Below, one piece after another: positions 1-13,555 of a DNA stretch of 64,000 nucleotides. The number at the start of each line of letters is the position of its first letter. Position 1 is the first letter of the stretch. The stretch is taken from NCBI RefSeq assembly GCF_902652985.1, contig NC_047020.1, positions 14,322,001 to 14,386,000 on the forward strand. The letters run 5' to 3'. Source of the DNA: Pecten maximus (lineage: Eukaryota). The notes under the pieces were generated by a model. That model saw nothing but the letters and a program-made list of their open reading frames with translations, was not told where the DNA came from and ran no database searches. Position numbers and translations under genes: made by a program.

Positions 1-163
1 TTATTCGTCCCTTGTTGGAATACGCCGATGTCGTATGGGACAACCTCACAGTAGAATATGTAAAAAAAATAAGTGTCTATTCAACTTGAAGCTATTAGAA
101 TAATATGTGGTGCCACTAAACTAGCTTGTTAGTCATGTTTCCCTTTACCTGGAAACTGGAATA
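1..163 (+). mobile_element. CR1/L2-type LINE, C-terminal RT region, segment 1
   Basis: Translates IRPLLEYADVVWDNL...AIRIICG...SLYLETG, typical of the post-RT region of CR1/L2 LINEs; frameshifted; resumes at 1631. Confidence 0.75.
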
Positions 164-1628
164 GCACACTGGGGTATTATCGACCACTGGGTATTATCGA
201 CCATTTGTCTTATTAAAGCTTGATAAAAGTCGTAAGAAGCGTTGTCTTCTCATTCAATCGCTTCTATCACTCAGAATACTCCCTTCGGAATAACTAGAGG
301 TTTTCCTTAGATTTCTGAGAGCCTTTAAATTCCTAATGGATGACATTGTTGAAAGTGGCTAGCGCGGGTCTTTCTAAATAACGTAACGTTACGGGATACT
401 TTAACTGGAAAAGGGAAATGAAAGTGTTTTTTTTTTTTTTTTTTCAATATGCACAAGCAGATAGTCTGACAGCTTTTATTGTATGAACTGTATATGAATG
501 ATTATTTTTAAGGTTTTTATGAAAAATGGGATAGTCATGTCAGCTACAAGAAAAAATGGGATGGTCGATCATACCCTGACGAAATTATAATCGCAGGGTA
601 TTATCGACCGCTGGCTACATCGAAAAATAAAGGGGAGTTCCGCACGTATGATTTAATATTATAAAGGTTATATATTGACTCATTAGTAAACTATTTGTAC
701 GGTAGTGTAATGGTTAAAAAAGATAAGATAAAGTGATAGTTCTGCGAATTTGTTTTACAATTGAATAGATGTTCGAATACACTCACCGGCACGTATTTCA
801 TTTTTTTCTGTTGTAATTGATCAATCAGAATTAAGATATGCAGTGGAATATAACTAAAATAGCCAATATATTCAAAATTAAAATGGTAATTTGATGGATT
901 TAAACTTACAATAAAAGGATGTATTTATTAGATTATATATTTTTTTTTTGCGTTTATATCTACCAGAACAGTCCCTAATGAATCAGCTTTAATCCCACTG
1001 TAACATATAACAACAAAACAATTGAAAATAATTAGCACCTGGTTACGTATCAGATTGATGATAAATATCAGTTCTGTAGTTTATGGTAGTAGATTCTAAG
1101 ATTCTGTGCAGCAACGATGCAACTCTCATAAACCTGAATCGCGATACAGATATTCTGGCATACAGGTTCCGGTGCGACTTCTGTTTGGAAGGCCCATATA
1201 TACATGTAGCTTGAAACAACTTACATTTTGTATTTGTTTCCATAGTTTGTTTTCGGCACCCTACACCTTATACATCGCTGTAGTTACAATTATGATTTTA
1301 AAAGAAGATTTGTATATGAACGAGGAGTGTGTTATAGCTAGTTTGGATGAAAATATTGTCGATAATAAAAAAAATCATACTATCAATTCTTTAATAAGTT
1401 TTCTTACGGTCGATAATACCCGAAAGTGGTCGTTAATACCCAGCATATATTGTTGATTAACACTGAAGGTTATCTCAAGGTCATAAAACGTCTGTGCATC
1501 AAGTTGGTCAATAAATATGGCTCTTCAATGAGGCTATCGGATCATCGATGTTTGAGCAGTATGTGACAGTGCAACTCTCGGGTGCAGTGAATTTACCCTT
1601 AAATGGCCGATAATACCCCAGTGTGCTC
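164..1628. mobile_element. Non-autonomous TIR DNA transposon with TA target duplication
   Basis: Left end gcacactggggtattatcgacca (164-186) is the inverse of tggccgataataccccagtgtgc (1604-1626). TA at 162-163 and 1629-1630. Subterminal ggtattatcgacc-like copies near 190, 565, 597, 1408, 1428. No transposase ORF. It interrupts the LINE at ETG-I-ESL. Confidence 0.8.
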
Positions 1629-1630
1629 TA

Positions 1631-2207
1631 GAGTCGTTGTCGGAAAGAAGACGCAAACAAAAAATTATCCAGCTTCATAAAATCATTGATGGCCTGACAC
1701 CCAGCTATTTGACAGAAATGCTATACCTAATCGAATCAATGATATGCATGATCATAATACAATCTCTAACTATTGCTAACCTACAGACCAGAACCACGTT
1801 TTATAATAACACTTTCTTTCCTCTTAACTATTAACTTGTGGAATAATTTGCCTTCTAAAATAAAAGTTAACCCTTCCATTTCATTCCTGAAACTTCATCT
1901 CCATTCTGGAAAATTGAAAATTCCCATGTGCTATTTTACTGAAAACGATTGGATCAAATTTATCATGCCAGAGCTTCGTTTGAAATGTAGCACTCTTCGA
2001 GATCACCTATTTCGCAAAAAATTAACTGAAAATCCTTTCTGTACTTGCGGTCAAATAGAAACCGTAAAGCACTATCTCCTAGAGTACAATACGTATAGCC
2101 TGCTACGCCATCAATATATCAATCCTATCAACAACTTGTCTTTAGACCTCCTCCTCCAAGGTGATTCGTCGCGTACCGAGGCAGAAAACGTTAATATTTT
2201 TCGGCAT
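1631..2207 (+). mobile_element. CR1/L2-type LINE, segment 2
   Basis: ESLSERRRKQKIIQLHKIIDGLTPSYL...WNNLP...LRLKCSTL..HLF...CTCGQIETVKHYLL (degenerate C-terminal Cys/His motif); frameshifts. Confidence 0.75.
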
Positions 2208-2557
2208 AGCCGTATAATTTTCTTTTGACCCCGGATATGACGCGAAAGGTGGCGTTACTGGTCCAGATGAAGTATGTGATTGGTCAATGTAGCGGTAAAT
2301 GCAAAAATGCAGAAATGCATTTAAAAACGAATGCACGCTGAATAAGTGGATGTATCTATTCAAATGACACATTAATAAAATCCTATTCCTATTTCGAGTG
2401 CAGTCTTATTATCACCAAAACTTATTAAAACTGATATAACTGAAACTGCGCATTTATTAATTAGTTCGTTAATTTATTTCACCAGCAGTTTTACATCATA
2501 ACCACCAGCATTAAAACTGTCCTTTATCCTTTTTAAAAGATATTTCTTGTTAATGCT
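2208..2557. mobile_element. 350-bp unclassified insertion inside the LINE
   Basis: LINE peptide ENVNIFRH (ends 2207) rejoins VQAFIVK (starts 2558); no TSD visible. Confidence 0.55.
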
Positions 2558-3076
2558 GTTCAAGCATTCATTGTAAAAGTAAACGCTTTGATTCTGTATG
2601 AGGCTATTTATCATATAAAAATCTATATCTTGTAATCCATATCTACAGCTGACACTACTTTACGAGGGTTTACGAGTGTGTGCTGTACTCTACTCCTCCC
2701 CCCCCCCCCCCCCCCCCCTCGACCTTCTAACCCTTCTCGTTCCAATGTTTTCTCTTCTATTCAACTACATTATTGTTAATGTGTTAAGGTTATCATTTTA
2801 CTTATTGATATTACTATTTTACTATTAGAACGACAGTATTATCTTTTCTCTGTTGATTTTAAAACCTACGGGCCTGGAGTCATGTTGACCCATGTACATA
2901 CAGGATGTATGTCTGTGGCTTACCATGACATCTTTTCTGATTATCATGCCTGTTACAAAAGAGAAGACGGTCAAATAAAAGTACGTAAGTACTTCTTTCC
3001 GAATTCTCTGTTATTCTCTGTTGATGTATTATCTTATTGTCATTTTGAACAAATAAATACTGTTTAAACCAAACCA
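2558..3076 (+). mobile_element. CR1/L2-type LINE, ORF end and 3' UTR
   Basis: VQAFIVK/SKRFDSV* followed by a UTR ending aaataaatactgtttaaaccaaacca. Confidence 0.6.
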
Positions 3077-4671
3077 GATTGGTTATAATTTGCGAGGATA
3101 AATAACGGATCAAAATTACTATAAATCTCGCAGTTTATCGATATTACAAAATGAATGTATATGTTTTGACATTGTCAAGTCTTTTTGGATTGATCGGTTT
3201 TAGTTAAGTATGGATTTTGAGACATTTCCGTATTTTTGTGGCATCGAAGACGCTCTTTACACTCGGGCGCCGGATATTGCTGAGGTGGCGGTGGTGTGGA
3301 TATTACCAGATTTGGATTTTTTTATAAATGTTTTATACATTTTGATGATTTCCTCTATGATTACCATAAAGTATTGAAGTCATTTCAGATAGTTACCAAC
3401 TTAATAGGCGATGGCTTATTATTAGAGAGAAGGATTTTATGCTGCCCGATGAATACGTTACAGGTCATTCACGGACAGGCCTCATTAAAGGCCAATTAAG
3501 GAAACGCTTCGCATATAACAGGCATTTTCTTTACATTAGCTTACATCAGAAGTGTAGTCAGATGAACTGGGTCGATAACCATGCTATCTGCTCAAGGCTA
3601 GAGTGCTAGAGTGATTTTTCTCTGAATTCAGAAAATAACTGCATGACTTCTTACCAACTCAAAGAACAACATCGAACGATTTCGAAAACTTCTCTTGTTA
3701 TTAAAAAAAAAAAAAATGCAATAGCGACAAAATTTCAAAACTATCAGGATTATTTAGCACATTTTGATCGGATTAGCCAACGCCGTTTTAGCGTTTTCTG
3801 ATACAAAAAATACTTTGCTTCTTGGGCCTACTTGTGTTTACAAACTAAAACTCTTTCTGTGCATGCGATGCGTTGATTTTCGCATAAAGTCTTTATTTTT
3901 GAAAATTTCCTTTGGAACATTTGACATTATCGGATAGAAAAAAGAGAAACAAATCAAATGTGTTTTCAACCTCATTTGTCGTGTTCATTTTCTATAGGAA
4001 TCATTAACCGAAATGTCAACCGTCAAAACACGTCAGAGTAAGCTCAGTGGTAACTGGGAAACCAGAACTGAATAACAAAGACGCTATTCCAAAGTATACA
4101 TGCTACAATCTTTACAGGTACAGTACAATTTTGACAAGTTATCAATCAATTTTTCCTATTTCCATTCACACGAGTACTACAGTGCATTGTATGTCCTAGC
4201 TAATGCGACATTCAAGGTCTTTGTTTTCAATATTCATGTTAGCAGACCATATATCTCAATACAGAGTCTTAGGATATCTTGGTTGATGAATACTACGGAA
4301 AAGTGTTATGGTCAATCATGTTATATCATCAAATGATCAACTCTATTATGGACTTTGAGTCAAATATCAAATATATTTTTTATTGACACGTATTTTTAAT
4401 GAAAATCAATTCCAAATACATGTTGTTTTATGGAAGCCTATTAAATGACAAAAAATAATGGTTGTAGTTTATAAATTCTTTAATAAGCATTCTCTCATCG
4501 TTCATTTTTTGTCTTCCGGTTCTCCAACAATAACTACAAAAGAAACTGACATTGACAAAAATTAAAAAGTAGAACAGCTTATACAAATGAGGTAGACACA
4601 CAATGAATGAAATGACAGGTCGACACTAGTTGATAATTAAAATGATGATTTGTTAGGAATAATTCAATTTT

Positions 4672-4809
4672 CTACGCGACAGTCATGTACAGGTCCAGAC
4701 ATGCCATGACTTTGCCGGCATTGGAAGCAGCTCCCCGGAGGTGGTAATCCCCGGATGGAAAAGCTACGGCGTCCACCTCGAATGAGGCCGTTGGGACATT
4801 GTAGTTACC
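4672..4809 (-). CDS. GM2A: GM2 activator-like, exon 4 (stop)
   Basis: GNYNVPTASFEV...SGDYHLRG...MACLDLYMTVA*; spliced product 212 aa. Confidence 0.9.
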   Translation of the reverse strand, partial: GNYNVPTASFEVDAVAFPSGDYHLRGAASNAGKVMACLDLYMTVA

Positions 4810-5044
4810 CTGAAAAGAGAATGTATTAACGTAAACATATGCAGGACAGCACCTCTAATTGAAAATAAGATAGCTCAGAGTTTCGCCTCTTGTCGAGAAA
4901 TATTTTAAGCTGTTATTAAGGAAGTAAATACTAGGTACGTCCGATATAATGAAGGTCAGGTATTACCCCTACCATAACACCTACTTATATGATACTGTTA
5001 GGGATGACGTAAGCATATCATTCCATCAGTTAGTATGACAGTAA

Positions 5045-5380
5045 TGATAGTGCGAGCGCCGTAGGCGCAAGGTGATTTTTTTTGGCGAGGTTCTGTGGTC
5101 CTTCGGGGCCTTGAGGCCGGTCTGGGGGCCTTGGCGGGTCTAGGGCAGCGCCCTGATAATAGGGGGTTGCCCCCGGCGGAAAATGAATATAGGAAAAATT
5201 ACAATCATTCGGGATCAGACGCGGAACCAGGATTTTCGAAAGGGGGGTGGGGTGGGGGGTGGGGGGTGGGGGGGTGGGGGGTGGGGGGGGGGGGGGGGTG
5301 GGGGGGGGGGGGGTTAGTGATAATGCGAACGCCGTAGGCGCGAGCAAATTTTTTTCCTGACCAAGAACCCCCCCTAAAGT
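5045..5380. repeat. GC-rich interspersed repeat fragments with a G-tract (G-quadruplex-prone) in GM2A intron 3
   Basis: Two gcgccgtaggcgc-type hairpins (about 5052 and 5324) and a G-run array at 5242-5313. Confidence 0.6.
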
Positions 5381-5442
5381 GAATACACTTCTTTCTATTG
5401 ATAAGCATAATACGACATGCTTTGTATTGACAACATACGTAC

Positions 5443-5610
5443 TGTTTTAAATGGACACTGGCAATCAATTCCTGCTGCTACAAAAGGATCTGGACAGGTG
5501 ACAGTCTGAAGCATTTCGCAAACATCATCATAGGTACACGACCCGAAGTTATCGATACATGGGAGCTTGACGTAGGTAGATCCAACCTTTTTCTCAATCA
5601 AAAGTTCACC
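5443..5610 (-). CDS. GM2A: GM2 activator-like, exon 3
   Basis: 168 nt: GELLIEKKVG...KLPCIDNFGSCTYDDVC...CPDPF...CQCPFK, the GM2A signature. Confidence 0.92.
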
Positions 5611-5807
5611 CTAGAAACAGACACCAAATATGCATATTAGATTACATAAGCATGGTATAAACATCTCACTGGTGTTATATTGAATAGCAAAGTTTTAATT
5701 TCCGTATCAAAATGAATACATTTAACGCAAAATCAACATATAGGAACGATTTAATACTTGGTATATATATTGTCGTTGGGTTATCTTTTCGTAAGCTCTA
5801 CCATTAC

Positions 5808-5969
5808 CTTCATTGGGGCGACTACAGATGTAGTAATTGTGCCTTTGAACCCAAGCGTGAATGTGCCAGGGAAGTTTAAGGGGTCAGGAGTCAAGGACAC
5901 ATTTTGAAGTTTGACTCCAGCTCCTCCACAGTCGCTCCACTTGAATGCTCCTAACCTGGATTTGATACC
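5808..5969 (-). CDS. GM2A: GM2 activator-like, exon 2
   Basis: AG/GT-bounded, 162 nt: GIKSRLGAFKWSDCGG...VSLTPDPLNFPG...APMK, the ML-domain N-terminus. Confidence 0.9.
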
Positions 5970-6179
5970 CTGACAAAAAAAAACATGTCAAATACATCTA
6001 TTAAATAGAATAACGAATATATAGTTGATAGTTATGGCCACCGATGTTGATGTTGAATGGTCAAATCCGGTGCAGGAGAAAAAGGTCAACGGGACCTGCT
6101 AAATGCATAATGGATTGTACATCCTTAGAAGGAAATATCAATCAAATCAGAATCACATAAACACTTAAAAAAATATTAT

Positions 6180-6860
6180 AGACATACCTATTGACGAACC
6201 CAGCCTTTACCACGGAACAAAACCGCCCGATACCTGACAAGGGACATTCACCGCACCAAGAAATACCAGACATAGACATCACACAAGAAGGTGTAGAAAA
6301 CGTCTAAACATCATTAACCCACACAAAGCAACATGACCTGACTATATATACACGACAAAATATTCAAAGAAATTAGAGATATTACAGCACCAATTTTCAC
6401 GAAACTCAATCAGTACAGGTACATTGCCACTAGACCATAATTTCTAACCCAAGGTCTTGACGCTCACGGACAGAGATATCATCATGCCACACAAAAGAGG
6501 AACTCACATACATCGATCAAAACCTCTCTTTAACTTCGCGTTCAAGCTGTTGAGGGAAATCAATCGGAGAAAAATACCAGTAACATCTGAAGTCCCTCAG
6601 GGAACCTATTTGGTCCCTATCCTCTTTCTTATCAATGATATTCATGTATATATGAAACAAACCACACTGAGACTATTTGCGGAAGACAGCATGACCATAC
6701 GCAATTAGGACGACACACTTACATCAAAACAAGACCTGAACGCCGCCGAACAGTGGGCCACAGCCACATACATGTACAAGAGCATGAAGTCTCCAGTAAA
6801 TATCTAGGTACCACACAAACTACACAGCAATAAATATCTATAGGTACAACACAAACTACA
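6180..6860 (+). mobile_element. Degenerate LINE reverse-transcriptase fragment in GM2A intron 1
   Basis: PVTSEVPQGTYLVPILFLIND...LRLFAEDS matches decayed RT motifs PQG-x-LGP-LF and LFADD. Confidence 0.7.
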
Positions 6861-8167
6861 CTGCAAAAAGCAAAATGTTAAATTGCGCAGTTTGACGTTA
6901 TTTTCAGAAATCTCCATTTACCTCAAACTCTACGATTAAAGTATATTTTCTTGCTATTTTCGGAGTTCGTCATAGTGTTTAAGTATCTAAGCTTGTACTC
7001 TATACATTTCTCATTTACTGACATTTGAATAAATAAGAGGCCAAGCGATTGCATTATGATAAAATCTTCTAAATATGGTGGGCATTTTTTATAATTGAAA
7101 TGTCTCCCAATATGCCACATTTGTGTGAAATTATTCACAAGCGCGATTTGTATTTCTAGGTCAAAAAAGAATAAATGCTTATGCTTTTACAATGTATAAA
7201 GTCGAACCGGTCAATCAAATATTACTACTACCTACTATAGACACTTGTGAGTATAACGATATGGCTATGATTTGCAATAACGTGACCAACATGAACTTAC
7301 AAATGTCCTATGGTCCCCCGAAACTTGCATTTTTACGCATGTTTTACCGAAATCAACAAACAGCTCAACAAACTACATGTAAACAGCAAGACCTGTTAAT
7401 AGTCATGGCGCATAATAACAATTGATGAAGTCATTTCTATTCCATTGCACCGGAGTAGTGATTTCTAGGCTTGTAAAATATCACAGGATTTGCTCTTAGG
7501 ATGAACCTTGATATCAATTTACCACAAATAAAAGACCAGACCTCAACCGAAATACTGTCCTGTCGTACCACGGGACCTCGCAACACAATTCAAGTTAACA
7601 CAAAGTATGTTATGTCAACGGCAAAGATCATTATACCAGTTCGGTCACAGACATACTACATGTATACCAACTTAAACACTCCAAACTCGCAGATTACAAT
7701 CTAGATTAATCATTTTATGAAAGCCAGAGGAAACATGACCAGGTAGGTCAGTTCTTTCAGCACCAAAACGAACACTGTTGCTGTGGAGAGAGTCTTTACA
7801 CGGTCTCTGAGATACCTAGTGCTAGTAGCTAGTGGCATTTCAGACAACGCGCCATTTACTAACCAAGTGTTTACAAAGCTTTGTGCTCTATGTATCTCAC
7901 ATTTGCTGACATTTGAATAACAGGCCAAAGCGACAGCATTATGATAAAACCTACTAAAATGTGGTAATTGTAACACATGAAAACGTTTGGCTAACCTCCT
8001 CTGGACAATACATGAGTGTACTAATTAAACCCGTTAGACGTACAATAGATGTAATAAGTAATGTATATCGGTGTAGCATCTCTAATGTCTATTATTTAAA
8101 AAAAAAAAGGAAAGAAAAAGAGAATATGAAAATGAAATGAAAAAAAAAAAAAAAGATAAAAACTTAC

Positions 8168-8338
8168 CCATTTCTTCAAGAACTCGACAGATTTGAATCT
8201 CTCTGGAATGATTGGCTTTGAGAGAAGATCTAAAACAAGCTCAGTCTCATCCTCAATGGGTGATTGCTTGTACTCAAACACACCTTTGGCATAACAGGAT
8301 GCCAAACATAAAACTAGAATTGCTAATGTCTTCGCCAT
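8168..8338 (-). CDS. GM2A: GM2 ganglioside activator-like protein, exon 1 (signal peptide + pro-region)
   Basis: ATG at 8338; MAKTLAILVLCLASCYA signal peptide; GTAAGT donor below 8168; phase 0. Confidence 0.85.
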
Positions 8339-9876
8339 GTCTGCAGAAGTTTAGCAGAGAGCGTGCTAACTCTGCCTCATATACCCTGCCTCCAGATAAG
8401 ATTGAGAGAGGCCAAATAAAGGGATGTACAAACCCGACTCTTACATAATATACCTTTGATGCGAATAACATTAACTGAAAGTATTCAGTTTGATTATTTC
8501 ATGTAATGAATTTTATTTTTTTCTTTATATAAAAAAAATATATTCATTTTAGTTTTTTGAAATACCAAAATAAGAACTAGTTGAAACTTTACCCCTGATG
8601 CACTGCGGTCAATACCCATTAAGACAGCGGTCAGTTCAGTTTGTGTCATGTGAATCTCGTGATTGGAGATAATTTCAGATAAGGCCACATAACATTGCAC
8701 TATATGATAATTCATGTCCCTGCACATTCGATGTCGATCTCGTAATCTGTGACCTCCAGTATTATATATACAGACATGTCACAGACCTTTATCTGTCACC
8801 TTAGTAGAGATGCACGTACATGTACGTGTTAATCTAATCTATAGTGTTATCGTTTTGTCTCCCGCATGTCCTGTGTCATATAACAACAAGGTACGATATA
8901 TACACATGATATAACACTTCTCAAAACAATGAGACATAAATAACATAAGAAGGGGATGAACAAAAGACACAGTTAAATATTTAAACATTAATTTAGTAAT
9001 GAAGTAATATAAAGCTATATGCCAAATGATTTATGAAACTTAAATGTGTTGTGCTTGCTTATTAACAAATGATCGATATGCATCCACGGTATAATATATA
9101 TGAAGATCGTGACCTTTGTCATTGTCCAGAATTCATGCAAGAAACATCGTATCGCAAAAAATATACAAAACAATTTTCCAATGATGCTAGAAGACTATAG
9201 ACCTTACAGACCGTCACATGATCGAAATACTTTGACAAAACACGGCAAAATAATTACGCTTGCGTAACAAAAAGTAAAGCATTTTGGTGCCAAATAAAGT
9301 AAATCATGACAATTTAAAATCACAATTTAAATCATTTGTTTTTCATCGTATTGACTGTTACCTTACAGTATCGTTATGTAGCATAACGCCAGTTCACAGT
9401 TATTTGAAAGTTAAAGTAGAATTCTAGAGCTGATCATTACGATGGCAAAGTAAAATTTTTTTTTAAAATTTGCCTATACATTGTACACTGAAATTCAAAA
9501 CGATTAACAAACTATTTTATTAATCACTATATCAATGTTAATAATATCTTCCCGTATCTCCACACCAATTTATGGCTAGTGATTATATTATTACAGGGCA
9601 GACCTTACTTTCTGTTATGACACACTAAACATATCTACAACAGCTTTATGACTTTTATAAGATATCGATTATTATGATATTTTTCTGTGGCAAATAGCAT
9701 ATAATAATAAGCGGGTTCTACTGTATGTAACAAAGTAGAATAATATATGTACAACCATTTTATTGTTTTGATTCGGCAGAAAACAAGTACTGATCAATGA
9801 ACAGAGACGGGATACGCGATATCCAGGCTGGATACCAGGTCACTGTATAATGGTATACCGTCTGAAATACCGTACA

Positions 9877-10630
9877 TTTTAGCTTAATTTCTACACCTGT
9901 TTTCATATTTTAAAAAGTACAGATTCAAGCCATGATTTACTTTAAACAGAGTCATTTAATCATTAAACATGATTGTATGTCCGTCCGTCGTCGTCCGTAC
10001 ACAATTATCACATTCTCATGCACAGATTTACACCAAAGTTATGAATTATATGGTCTGTGCTTCAATGGACGTTTCGGAGCAAGGACAAAAGTGATCAGAT
10101 TAACTTAAATTTGAGCAAGCTTTAGACCCAGATATGCGGGGAAGAAATGTTCTACAAACATTAGACAGGTTTTAATCAAAACGATGAATGTCATTTCTCC
10201 GAGGTTTCCCCTTTGCTAGTGGAAAGGATGCGAGTTTTACAATAGTAAATATTGGAAAATTATAACTTTTGGTATGCCGATTTCAATTTAACTGGAAATA
10301 ATTCCACCTTAAATCGAAACCCTAAATTGATAGTTTGATATTATGAACAACAAGAGTTCAGGGGTAAATTAGCTTAAACGGAAGATCGTCTTCTTTAACA
10401 TCTATTTATTAATTTGTTTTCGGTTAGAATAGCAACACTGATTGAAATTGCATTGCATGTTTATGAGAAGTTGGTAGATTCTATGAAAATTTGACCATAA
10501 CCTAACTACGGCGACTGAGGGGTGTGATCAAAGGAGTCAAGTTTGTCAAAATGGTTTGAGGAGGATATTTATGGTGTCCTGTTTATTCATTTTGATTTGG
10601 ATAACGAAGGCGGGCCACATGTAACAATGA
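9877..10630 (+). mobile_element. Degenerate Helentron/HINE (pearl-like) element
   Basis: ttttagct start and gtccgtccgtcgtcgtccgt microsatellite near 9978, as in bivalve HINE-type repeats; ends are approximate. Confidence 0.35.
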
Positions 10631-11309
10631 GTGTAAGAACACCGTGGTATTAAAAGTAATAATTAATTTATAATGAAGTGTAACGTGGAGTCACTTAATC
10701 ATCATTATTATTCTCTGTATTGCCTCCAAAGATGAAGAGTACATATGTATAAAGTATTCGGTACATGAATACACTATTACATAATTCACATTATACATTT
10801 ACACTTTATCTGCATATTGTTAAATGTATTTTCAGTGCCACAGGAGTGTATCGTTAAAGAGGCTTGCCAGCAGAGAGATCAGAAAAATTGGCTAATAGAA
10901 AAAGATTTTTTACACATGACAGATTGTTGGAATTGTTGAGTTTTTCATTTTATTTTCCTTATAAAACGCTGAAAAGTGATATTAAAACCTCATTTTTAAA
11001 TATTATTTATTTAATCGCAACCCGCAATAAGTCTAATTTGATTGACACATCAAAGAAACAAGCACGTGCACAGTGCCGCACAGTGATAACTTCAAAGGCA
11101 GCGGCGATTTACAAAGAAGATTTGCCGTTATATTCCATACATTTCCCTCTCAGGTTGAGTTTTAAAACGTCTTTTAAATACATATTCTGTAATTTTTTTC
11201 AAGAAATAAAGTCGGAAAGCCTCTAATTTTGTCACATAGAAACGTGTACTGAAGTTTATTTAGTGATCGGAGATGTGCCGTTTACCGGTCCGTCTGCGGG
11301 TAAGCCTCT

Positions 11310-11465
11310 TTAATATATTGTCAGTGTCATAGGAGTGTATTGTAAATGTATTGTCAGTGTCATAGGGGTATATAGTAAATATATTGTCAGTGCCATAGGA
11401 GTATATTGTAAATGTATTGCCAGAGCCAAATGAGAACTGTATATTGTAAATATATTGTCAGTACC
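11310..11465. repeat. ~33-bp minisatellite, about 4-5 copies
   Basis: tattgtcagtgtcataggagtgtattgtaaatg repeated; a related single copy near 10820-10855. Confidence 0.75.
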
Positions 11466-13555
11466 AGTTATTAATAATCAGAAACTGTAGGAATTGTATT
11501 TCAAACTCAATACATGTTTTAACTTTTCCAGTTCTGAATAAGAATCTTCTTTTGTTCATCTTAATGGTTATTTGATAAGCTAGTATATTAGACTTGACGT
11601 TTAACCGACAGATATATTAACAAGTTTATAGAGATTGACAGAAGCTGTGACTTGGGTGGTGGGTACTGCACACTAACACGAACTACTAATTGATGTCACA
11701 CCCATGGTCCAGTTTTGTGTCAATCTTTTCAGATGGATCTGGAACTACAGTTTATGCTTGTATCAAAACTGGTAAAGCTAAAGATTTCATAACTGTAACC
11801 TTTTCTATGTATGAAAAGTTACGAAAGGACCAATTTCCAAGCAGTTTTTTTTTTTTATTGACTTTAGCTTTTTTTCTTCATATATTTTCCTTTTGAAAGA
11901 TGTATGTGATATACAATGATTCAAGTTTCGCCTGATGATTCCAAAGTATTTCTTTGGGTCAGAATTTCCAACCCACAACTGCGCCTGGATCCAATCCCAA
12001 ATGACCATACTGATTTTCAACCTTGACCTTGAACAATATTTGTTCATTGCAAACACGAAGTCCGACTAGGCTGATATCCAAACACTTTGATGACATGCCC
12101 TACACAAACACAGTTAACCGAGGAGTGATATCAAGCGGTGTCACAGTGTCTATTGTACATATAATAATACTGATTTGATCTGTGATAGAGTGAGTCTGTA
12201 TACTATCTCTAAAACATATCGGTACGGCCGTCATACATTATTGTTACTTTTCGTTAATCATACAATACTAACATCCTCACAAGTTTGTAGAAAATCTATG
12301 CTGACAATAAGTATGCTACATTTTGATCTTTTCATGGGTAATATTAAAGAATAAAAGTAAAGTGTAACATAATTTGCTTCACTAAGACATTTTTTTAGGT
12401 TAGCATTATCTTTACGTGAAGGAACGTTGGTAAAACCTTGACCGAAGGCGAGTGGTATCCGTGAGTGTATGTAGGTCTACACTGAGTCTGAACGTATTCA
12501 TACTAATTATCTCCAAATTCATAACTTTTGAGAGCGAATATTAGATATATCCCATGAACAGATAAAAATGTATGTCCGGTTTACTTGCCGTCATTGTTCC
12601 TATATGATTTGATTTCACCAAAACATGAAATGTATCGAGTTCAGGTTCGTCTCTTTGAATGCCGACATACAGAGCGACTACTAAAACTAATTTTCCACAT
12701 CGTTTATCATTACTTTATCTACAATGTCATAGCACGTGTCGGCGATTGATCAGAAGACGCCTTCCATTCCGGAACTCGTGGCTTCTTTTCTCCTTGTACT
12801 TTTTCAAGGATGTCGGTGATAAGCTACACTGTAGATATGTCGTTCGTATTTTGACCCTGTGGTATACAGTAGATTATGAGTCAGTATCAATACTTTTAGT
12901 CGGCGATATCGTCTTGTTTTTTTTTCCTGATTTGATCACATTAATCTGTGGCATTGATATCGTACATCTGAGGATCCTTGTTAATGTACTAGAAGTAGCT
13001 CTAAAATTTTCTGTGATGAAAATTTGTGGAATGATATCAATATGTCCAATTACGAAAATGGATTCCTTGAATATTTATATAAAGTGAATACATATTAAAC
13101 CGATAGTTTGAAGCAAATATATTATATGGGATAATGGAGGCACAACATTTCCAAACGTTTTCCGAGAATCATTTCCTCTTACAAATGGAATGAAAAAGAA
13201 TTAAAACCATGGTCAATCTTCAAATCTCTAAAGACAATTTTGGCTTGTTTGACACAAAAGCATATATCAGTTGTGAGATATATTTCTTGCTACACGAGAT
13301 ATATGGATAAATGTGGAATGGACCTCCATCTGAATGTACATAGTAGGATCACCTCAAAGACAATGACGCCAAGCAAGACAGGAATTGAATTTTAAAGGTT
13401 CGACGACCATAAGAAAGGCATTGACTCGCATGTTACCCATTATATTAGTAAGTACATGTATACAATAAAATAAAACTTAACTAAATAAACTACCGATTAT
13501 CGCGAAATCCGTTTACAAGATACATGTATCTGCTATTGTGTAATTTTCCTAATCT

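Noticed and set aside
5030-5468. Poly-Pro and poly-Gly ORFs
   Set aside because: Arise from an intronic G-tract within GM2A intron 3.
10864-13087. ORFs of 68-142 aa between GM2A and calpain
   Set aside because: No recognisable motifs or splice-consistent structure; chance ORFs in AT-rich DNA.
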